Part shown: positions 23,591 to 32,000 of the stretch, in pieces
Numbering within the stretch: the first letter of the stretch is position 1
Layout: the number at the start of each line of letters is the position of its first letter
From: Patescibacteria group bacterium
Lineage (GTDB): Bacteria; Patescibacteriota; Patescibacteriia; 2-01-FULL-39-33
Direction: 5' to 3'
Assembly: GCA_041662745.1 (NCBI GenBank)
Contig: JBAZRV010000002.1
Location: forward strand, 1-32,000
Length of the DNA: 32,000 nt
Program-made: the position numbers and the translations under genes
The notes under the pieces: generated by a model
What the model saw: only the letters and a program-made list of their open reading frames with translations
Databases searched by the model: none
What the model was told of the DNA's origin: nothing

Positions 23591-23974
23591 ATGCGACGAC
23601 TATCTTATAAAATCATTGTCTATTCCATGCTGCTTATTTTGGGGCTGATTTTTACCGGTTTGGCCGTTTGGTTTTATAGCGGTCAAGCGAGGGATTTTGA
23701 GCGTCTTAAAGGCCTAAAAGTCTGGCAGGATATTATGGCTGAATACTTTTCCAAGTACAATACTTACCAAGTCATTAATTGCAATCCGGGCATGGTCATC
23801 AGCCAGTGTTTTCCCGATCGGGCCACCCCGCTTGATCCTATCAATAATGGCAATTATAAGTATCTCGTCGGCACTTTGGGCGAAACCGATTACGAGATTA
23901 ATTTTTATTTAGAGCGCGGTATCGGCGGCCTTAGGGCCGGCGGTTATACTTGGACTAAAAACGGCGTGAAATGA
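23591..23974 (+). CDS. Membrane-anchored pilin/pseudopilin-like protein lacking a prepilin cleavage motif
   Basis: The 127-aa product has an N-terminal TM helix without G-F-T-L-x-E. Its C-terminal pattern LDPINNGNYKYLVGTLGETDYEINFYLE resembles the GspG-type DPWGxxYxY...Y/FDL core. Its stop overlaps the pilD start as ATGA at 23971-23974. Confidence 0.7.
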   Translation: MRRLSYKIIVYSMLLILGLIFTGLAVWFYSGQARDFERLKGLKVWQDIMAEYFSKYNTYQVINCNPGMVISQCFPDRATPLDPINNGNYKYLVGTLGETDYEINFYLERGIGGLRAGGYTWTKNGVK

Positions 23975-24714
23975 TTTTATTTATTTTCATTATCGGCTTG
24001 ATTGTCGGTAGTTTCCTCAATGTCGTTATTTGGCGACTGCATTCAGGCGAACCGATTGTTTTTGGTCGATCGCAGTGCCCGCGCTGCCAAGCTAAGCTGC
24101 GACCGAAAGATTTGATACCGTTACTGAGTTTTATTTTTCTGCAGGGCAGGTGTCGTTATTGTCGGCAACCGATTTCTTGGCAATATCCTTTAGTGGAATT
24201 TGCTACCGGCCTGCTCTTTCTCCTGGCTTATAGCTGCCATCCCCAGCCATTAATTTTTTTTAGAGACGCAGTATTAATTTCTATTTTAATCGTTATTTTT
24301 GTTTACGACTTGCGCTGGCAGTTGATTCCCGATCAGATAACTATCCCCGCCATTATTTTATTGTTTATATTCAGCTTGCTTTTAGGCAGCAGTTTATGGT
24401 TGTTGATCTTTTCTGTCTTAGTTGGTTTTGGTTTTTTCGGCTTGCAATACCTGGTTTCTTCCGGGCGTTGGATCGGCGGCGGTGATTTGCGTTTAGGCGC
24501 TTTGATGGGGGCGACTTTGGGCTGGCCTCTTCTGATAGTCGCCTTATTAATCGCTTATATTATCGGCGCCGCGGTTTCTATGATATTATTGATTTTAGGT
24601 AAAGCCAAAGCTAAGACGCCCATCGCCTTTGGTACTTTTTTGGCCTTGGGCACTTTAATCGCTTTGTTTTGGGGTGAAAGAATCATCAGTTGGTATCTTG
24701 GTCTATTATTATAA
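23971..24714 (+). CDS. pilD: Prepilin peptidase / N-methyltransferase PilD (peptidase A24)
   Basis: The 247-aa polytopic product has the Cys motif CPRC...CRYC. The catalytic Asp contexts are VYDLRW and GGGDLRLG. Confidence 0.92.
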   Translation: MILFIFIIGLIVGSFLNVVIWRLHSGEPIVFGRSQCPRCQAKLRPKDLIPLLSFIFLQGRCRYCRQPISWQYPLVEFATGLLFLLAYSCHPQPLIFFRDAVLISILIVIFVYDLRWQLIPDQITIPAIILLFIFSLLLGSSLWLLIFSVLVGFGFFGLQYLVSSGRWIGGGDLRLGALMGATLGWPLLIVALLIAYIIGAAVSMILLILGKAKAKTPIAFGTFLALGTLIALFWGERIISWYLGLLL

Positions 24715-24717
24715 TGT

Positions 24718-25230
24718 ATGTTACGACATAAATTACAGCAAGGGTTCACTTTGATTGAATTGCTGATTGCCATCGCTATTTTTACGATGCTTTCTTCTTT
24801 TATGGTGGCCAGTTTTACCAGTGACGAGAAAACCCGCCTATTAAAAGAACAGGCTGATTTGGTTTTAGCCGGAATTGATCAGGCGCGTAATTTATCTTTG
24901 GCCGGCAGCGGCCCAAGCAATATTTATTCTCAACAGTTTGTTTTTACTGTCAGTAATTGCCAAACCGGTTGTTTTTATGAGGTCAAGGGCCGAGATCCGG
25001 ATCAGCAGATAGTCAAGAAAAATTTAGAGGGGATAAGCGTCACTGTTAAAAATGAAACGAGCAATCAGTTGTCAATTTCTTTCGCCGTGCCTCGGGGGCG
25101 AATGGCCTTGTCCGGCGATAGCAATCCCAGTGAGGCCCAGATAGAAGTCAGTAACAATTCAAGCGCTTTTTGCATCCAAGTTAACAGTATTTCTGGTAAG
25201 GTTGAGGAAATTAAAGGCAATTGCCCGTAG
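24718..25230 (+). CDS. Minor pilin, prepilin-type N-terminal domain (GspH/FimT-like)
   Basis: The N-terminus reads MLRHKLQQG|FTLIELLIAIAIFTML. The product is 170 aa. Confidence 0.85.
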   Translation: MLRHKLQQGFTLIELLIAIAIFTMLSSFMVASFTSDEKTRLLKEQADLVLAGIDQARNLSLAGSGPSNIYSQQFVFTVSNCQTGCFYEVKGRDPDQQIVKKNLEGISVTVKNETSNQLSISFAVPRGRMALSGDSNPSEAQIEVSNNSSAFCIQVNSISGKVEEIKGNCP

Positions 25231-25234
25231 TTCT

Positions 25235-25849
25235 ATGATAAGATTAAAAAATGACCAATCCGGCCAAAGCCTGATTGAATTGATTGTTTCCATCGCTGTT
25301 ATAACTATCGGCCTCTTTTCTGTTTGGTTTTTATTTTTGGTTAATTTTAATGCCGTTAAAGAGTCGGAAATGCGTATTGTAGCGGCCAATCTGGCTCGCG
25401 AAGGAGTGGAAATAACCAAAAATGTCCGTGATAGCAATTGGCTGAGAATGGCCAGGAATATTCCCGACGAAACCTCTTTGTGGCTATGGGATAGGGGATT
25501 GGCTGATGGCAGTTATACCGTTGATTATAAGAGTGGTTTATTTGAGGTTACAGACAGCAGCCAAACTGGTAAATTATTTTATGGTATTGATGGCTACTAT
25601 TCGGTTCAGCCGTCAAATAAAGCCTCTTTTTTTTCCCGTTTTATTACTTTAACCTCCATTTGTTGCAATGATAGTAATCCCGAAGATTTAAAATGTGATG
25701 ATACGGCTTATTTTTCTCCTACGGATAGCGGCGGTTGTCCTAATAATACCCTTAAGATCGGTATTAATATCAGTTCTCGTGTCACTTGGTCTTATTCCGG
25801 CCAGCCTCGCCAACTCATCGTAGAAGATCAATTGTTTAATTGGCGTTAA
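25235..25849 (+). CDS. Minor pilin (PilV-like), non-canonical +1 residue
   Basis: The N-terminus reads MIRLKNDQSG|QSLIELIVSIAVITIGL, with Glu at +5. The ATG at 25235 avoids overlap. The ORF-track start at 25202 is a TTG. Confidence 0.8.
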   Translation: MIRLKNDQSGQSLIELIVSIAVITIGLFSVWFLFLVNFNAVKESEMRIVAANLAREGVEITKNVRDSNWLRMARNIPDETSLWLWDRGLADGSYTVDYKSGLFEVTDSSQTGKLFYGIDGYYSVQPSNKASFFSRFITLTSICCNDSNPEDLKCDDTAYFSPTDSGGCPNNTLKIGINISSRVTWSYSGQPRQLIVEDQLFNWR

Positions 25850-25852
25850 TTT

Positions 25853-26428
25853 ATGGAATCAAAATCTAATTACAATCAAGGGTTTACTTTAATAGAGATG
25901 CTGATTACTGCCGGTTTGTTTGCCATTACTTCGGTTTTGGTCGGCGGAGTTTTTATCAATGTCAATAATCTCCAGCAGCAGACTGCCAATATGCAAAAGT
26001 TGCAAAATGACGGCCGCTATATGATTGAAAAAATAGGCCGGGAAATTCGCGGCCGGGAGCTGGATTATGAAAGGACTTTGCCGCCTGTTGACGGTAAGGT
26101 TGATAGGCTGATATTTAAAAAGGATGAGGCCGGGGAGATTTGGCAATTGGCTTATGATCCGGAAGATCTTACGGCTAAGATCTTTATTACTACCCTTAAC
26201 CCCGATGGCACTGTTTTCGCCCCCCTAAACGCTTCCGACGTGGGCGTAAGCAACTTGCAGTTCATCGTCAGCCCGATTTATGATCCTTATGCCGGCATTA
26301 CGGCCGATGATTATATTTATCAGCCGAAAATTACTTTACTTATGTCGATTTATAATAAAAATGCGCCCGATCGCTATCGTAAGGAATTGCGGCTGCAGAC
26401 TACGATTTCTTCCAAAGTCTACCATTAA
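25853..26428 (+). CDS. Minor pilin (PilW-like), prepilin-type N-terminal domain
   Basis: The N-terminus reads MESKSNYNQG|FTLIEMLITAGLFAIT. The product is 191 aa. Confidence 0.85.
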   Translation: MESKSNYNQGFTLIEMLITAGLFAITSVLVGGVFINVNNLQQQTANMQKLQNDGRYMIEKIGREIRGRELDYERTLPPVDGKVDRLIFKKDEAGEIWQLAYDPEDLTAKIFITTLNPDGTVFAPLNASDVGVSNLQFIVSPIYDPYAGITADDYIYQPKITLLMSIYNKNAPDRYRKELRLQTTISSKVYH

Positions 26429-26430
26429 TT

Positions 26431-29342
<2,912 letters not shown>

Positions 29343-29443
29343 TTTCATTAAATGCCGTTGTAACTATTTATTGCCCGGCATTACCGGCGATTGACAAGGA
29401 GCAAGGCAAAAAATCCTGATTTATTAAAATAAAGATTGAATTA

Positions 29444-29467
29444 AACGCCTGCTGACAGGCGTTTTTG
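29444..29467 (+). terminator. Rho-independent terminator after ligA
   Basis: The stem pairs AACGCCTG with CAGGCGTT around the loop CTGA. TTTTT follows. Confidence 0.8.
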
Positions 29468-29472
29468 CATAC

Positions 29473-29502
29473 TTGATTTTTTTCGTTGTTTTATGTTATT
29501 AT
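29473..29502 (+). promoter_or_regulatory. Promoter of the GT2 gene, geometry suggests leaderless mRNA
   Basis: The -35 TTGATT lies at 29473-29478. An 18-nt spacer follows. The -10 is TGtTATTAT with TATTAT at 29497-29502. Only 7 nt separate the -10 from the ATG at 29510. Confidence 0.45.
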
Positions 29503-29509
29503 TTAGTAT

Positions 29510-31006
29510 ATGAAAGAGGCCGCTAAACAACGTTTATCGGAAATTTTTCCCGCTGCCATTGTTTGGCTGACTTTTGTTGCTGCCATAGGATTATCATTAA
29601 TAAAACCGCTTTGGGCGGTTTATTTTATTTTGATTTTTTCCGTTTATTGGATTGTCCGCTTATTTTACATGCTATGGTGGCTGATTTCCTCTTGGATCAA
29701 ATTCCGACGGAACATTAAGAAGGATTGGCTGGAGCAGGTTAAAAAGTTACCTAAAAATTATCTTGATTATTGGCATGTTATTACCTTACCCACCTACAAG
29801 GAGCCTTACGAAGTAATTGAAAGAACTTTTGAAACATTGCTTAAGTGCGATTACCCCAAGGAAAAGATGATTGTTGTTTTGGGCGGAGAAGGGGGGGATA
29901 AAGAGAATTTTTTAAAGGTGGCTGCCAAAATAGAAGCTAAATATGCGGACAGATTCAAGAAACTGATGATTACCGTGCATCCTCGCCGGCCTGATGAATT
30001 GCCGGGCAAGGGCAGTAACGTCCATTATCAGGAAGAGCGCCTTAAAGAGTATATTGATCAAGAAGGAATCCCTTATGAAGATGTGATTGTTTCTTGTTTT
30101 GATATTGAAACCCTGCCTCATCCCCAGTATTTCGCCTATTTGACTTATAAATATTTAACTCATCCTAATCCGACCCATGCCAGTTATCAGCCATTAGTGC
30201 TTTATAATAATAATATTTGGGAGTCTAATCCGATCATTCGCGTAGTGGCTTCAGCCACGACTTTTTGGCTATTGACTGATATGTCGCGCCCGGAGCGCTT
30301 GTTGACCTTTTCCAGCCATTCCATGAGTTTTAAAATGATTGTTGATGTCGGCGGTCATGAAAAGACAATTGTTTCTGAAGATTCGCGCATTTGTCTGCAG
30401 GCCGTAGATCATTACAATGGCGATTATGAAGTGGTGCCTATGTTTATTACCGTATCTATGGACACTGTCTATATTGGAAAGTTTTGGCAGTCCTTGGGCA
30501 ATCAGTATAAGCAAATGCGACGGTGGGCTTGGGGCGTAGAGCATTTCCCTTGGATGTGGGATCATTTTTTCGGCGCCCATAAAAATACTAAAATTCCCTT
30601 GCACGTGCGTTTAAGGTACTTTTGGGTGCAAGCCGAGGGCATGTATTCTTGGGCGACGGCGCCGATATTGATTTTAATTGTCGGCCGTCTGCCCTTAGCG
30701 ATGATTTCCGGCGCTGATAAAGCCACGGCTTTTGTCCAGAATGCGCCGATTACTCTTGAAAATTTAATGACTATCGGTATGGTTGGCTTGGTTTTGAACG
30801 CGGTCATGTACACCTTTTCTTTGCCGGAACGGCCAAAGCACATGTCAGTTTTTAATTGGCTGATAATGGTTCTGCAGTGGGTATTATTCCCCGTTACCAT
30901 GATTATTTTCGGCTCTATTCCGGCCATAGAATCGCAGACCCGCTTATTGCTTGGCGGCAAGTATCGTTTGGGTTTCTGGGTGACGGAAAAGAAATTAACC
31001 AAATAG
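29510..31006 (+). CDS. Polytopic family-2 glycosyltransferase (processive, cellulose/chitin-synthase-like)
   Basis: The 498-aa product has N- and C-terminal TM bundles. The cytoplasmic domain has D-containing motifs (GGEGGD, CFDIET, SEDSRI) and the Q-x-x-R-W motif QYKQMRRWAWG. Confidence 0.85.
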   Translation: MKEAAKQRLSEIFPAAIVWLTFVAAIGLSLIKPLWAVYFILIFSVYWIVRLFYMLWWLISSWIKFRRNIKKDWLEQVKKLPKNYLDYWHVITLPTYKEPYEVIERTFETLLKCDYPKEKMIVVLGGEGGDKENFLKVAAKIEAKYADRFKKLMITVHPRRPDELPGKGSNVHYQEERLKEYIDQEGIPYEDVIVSCFDIETLPHPQYFAYLTYKYLTHPNPTHASYQPLVLYNNNIWESNPIIRVVASATTFWLLTDMSRPERLLTFSSHSMSFKMIVDVGGHEKTIVSEDSRICLQAVDHYNGDYEVVPMFITVSMDTVYIGKFWQSLGNQYKQMRRWAWGVEHFPWMWDHFFGAHKNTKIPLHVRLRYFWVQAEGMYSWATAPILILIVGRLPLAMISGADKATAFVQNAPITLENLMTIGMVGLVLNAVMYTFSLPERPKHMSVFNWLIMVLQWVLFPVTMIIFGSIPAIESQTRLLLGGKYRLGFWVTEKKLTK

Positions 31007-31007
31007 C

Positions 31008-32000
31008 ATGATTAGTCCTAAAGTTACCATAATTATTGTTACCAGAAACAGCCAGCGTTTTATGGCGTCTTGTTTGGATTCAATTTATGCCCAGACTTAT
31101 CGTGATTTCCAGGTTTTGGTGATTGATAATGACAGCCATGACGGCACGGTAGAATTTGTCCGTTCTAATTATCCGCAAACCGTGATGTTCGTCAATAATA
31201 AGAACTCTGGTTTTGCTAAAGCCAACAATCAAGGCATCAGGCTGATTAAGTCGCCGTTTTTTCTATTATGCAATCCGGATATAATTTTGGAACCCGATTG
31301 GCTGGAAAAGATCATGTCCATAGCCGAGTTGGAACAAAACAATGATTGCGCCAGTTTCGGCGGGAAACTGCTTAAGTTAAAATTAATTAATGCGGAAATA
31401 GGCGAAACGGAAAAAACCGAAATCATTGATTCTTGCGGTTTAAAATTCCTCAAAAATCATCGTTTTGTGGAATGGGGGGCCGGTGATCCGGCAGCAGAAT
31501 ACAATCAGGCGCAAGAGGTGTTCGGCCATTCCGGCGCTTTAGTGTTGTTGCGTAAAGAGTCATTGGAACAGGTTGTTATTCAGGATAGGCACCATTATAC
31601 CGGTGATTTTTTGGACAGTAATTTTTTCTTTTATAAAGAAGATGTGGATTTGGCTTGGCGTTTGCGCCTGCAGGGTTTTAGATCGATGTTCATACCCGAG
31701 GCCGTGGCTTATCATTTGCGAACCTTTCCGGCAGCGCAGAATAATCGCTTGGGCGAGGTGGTTGCCAATCGCCGCCAGCAAAATGATCTGGCTCGCTATT
31801 ATTCTTACCGTAATCATTTTTTGGTCTTGCTGGGCAATGAATATTTATCCAATCTAATCATTTATTCGCCGTTCATCGCCTGGTATGAGCTGAAGAAATT
31901 CTGTTATTTGTTGATTTTTGAAATTAGGAATTTAAAAGCGATTGCCGAAGTGATCGGGATGTTGCCCCAAACATTAGCCAAGCGCCGGCAGATTTTTCGA
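31008..32000 (+). CDS. Family-2 glycosyltransferase (soluble GT-A type), 3' end beyond the window
   Basis: I translated this ORF by hand from the ATG at 31008. It stays open to the window end, giving 331 codons, and is not in the supplied ORF track. The N-terminus reads MISPKVTIIIVTRNSQRFMASCLDSIYAQTYRDFQVLVIDNDSHDGT. The later motif FFFYKEDVDLAWRLRLQGF also fits GT2. Confidence 0.85.
   Translation, partial: MISPKVTIIIVTRNSQRFMASCLDSIYAQTYRDFQVLVIDNDSHDGTVEFVRSNYPQTVMFVNNKNSGFAKANNQGIRLIKSPFFLLCNPDIILEPDWLEKIMSIAELEQNNDCASFGGKLLKLKLINAEIGETEKTEIIDSCGLKFLKNHRFVEWGAGDPAAEYNQAQEVFGHSGALVLLRKESLEQVVIQDRHHYTGDFLDSNFFFYKEDVDLAWRLRLQGFRSMFIPEAVAYHLRTFPAAQNNRLGEVVANRRQQNDLARYYSYRNHFLVLLGNEYLSNLIIYSPFIAWYELKKFCYLLIFEIRNLKAIAEVIGMLPQTLAKRRQIFR

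Overview
The window is a gene-dense bacterial chromosomal segment using the standard genetic code, with TGA seen as a stop codon. Operons are tightly packed and most genes have little or no Shine-Dalgarno signal. The gene content resembles small-genome Patescibacteria/CPR-like bacteria: type IV pilus genes without a secretin, VirB2/TrbC-like 'T4SS pilin' membrane proteins, and large secreted repeat proteins. This taxonomic placement is an inference.

Layout:
(1) 1-978 has no credible CDS and is rich in RNA structure. It includes a candidate ncRNA with RNase P-like motifs.
(2) 979-5091 (+) carries a small GlpM-like membrane protein, an SDR oxidoreductase, a membrane protein, tRNA-Arg(GCG) and recG.
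(3) 5083-10459 (-) is a five-gene unit. It encodes a disordered membrane protein, a membrane-anchored TolB-like beta-propeller, two paralogous T4SS-pilin-like proteins (one with a C-terminal LAS/M15-type peptidase motif set) and radA.
(4) 10733-27342 (+) is a near-complete secretin-less type IV pilus locus. Two large secreted proteins (880 aa and about 560 aa) lead it. They are followed by pilM, an extended pilN, pilO, a PilP-like gene, pilB, a lone receiver domain, a motif-degenerate pilT-like gene and pilC. Then come a major pilin with its own promoter and terminator, a signal-less pilin-like protein, pilD and four minor pilins.
(5) ligA follows directly behind the minor pilins.
(6) Two GT2 glycosyltransferases follow, the second truncated by the window end.

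Most interesting observations:
- An identical TGTGGATAAG motif (the DnaA-box consensus) sits at the same offset downstream of the -10 of both pilus promoters.
- The minus-strand membrane-protein operon contains a pilin-like/peptidase fusion and ends in radA.
- The pilT-like ATPase has Walker A Lys replaced by Arg and has lost its His box.
- pilN carries two INLLP-type motifs separated by about 230 disordered residues.
- Two large repeat or Cys-rich secreted proteins head the pilus operon.

All family assignments come from motifs read by eye. No database search was possible.
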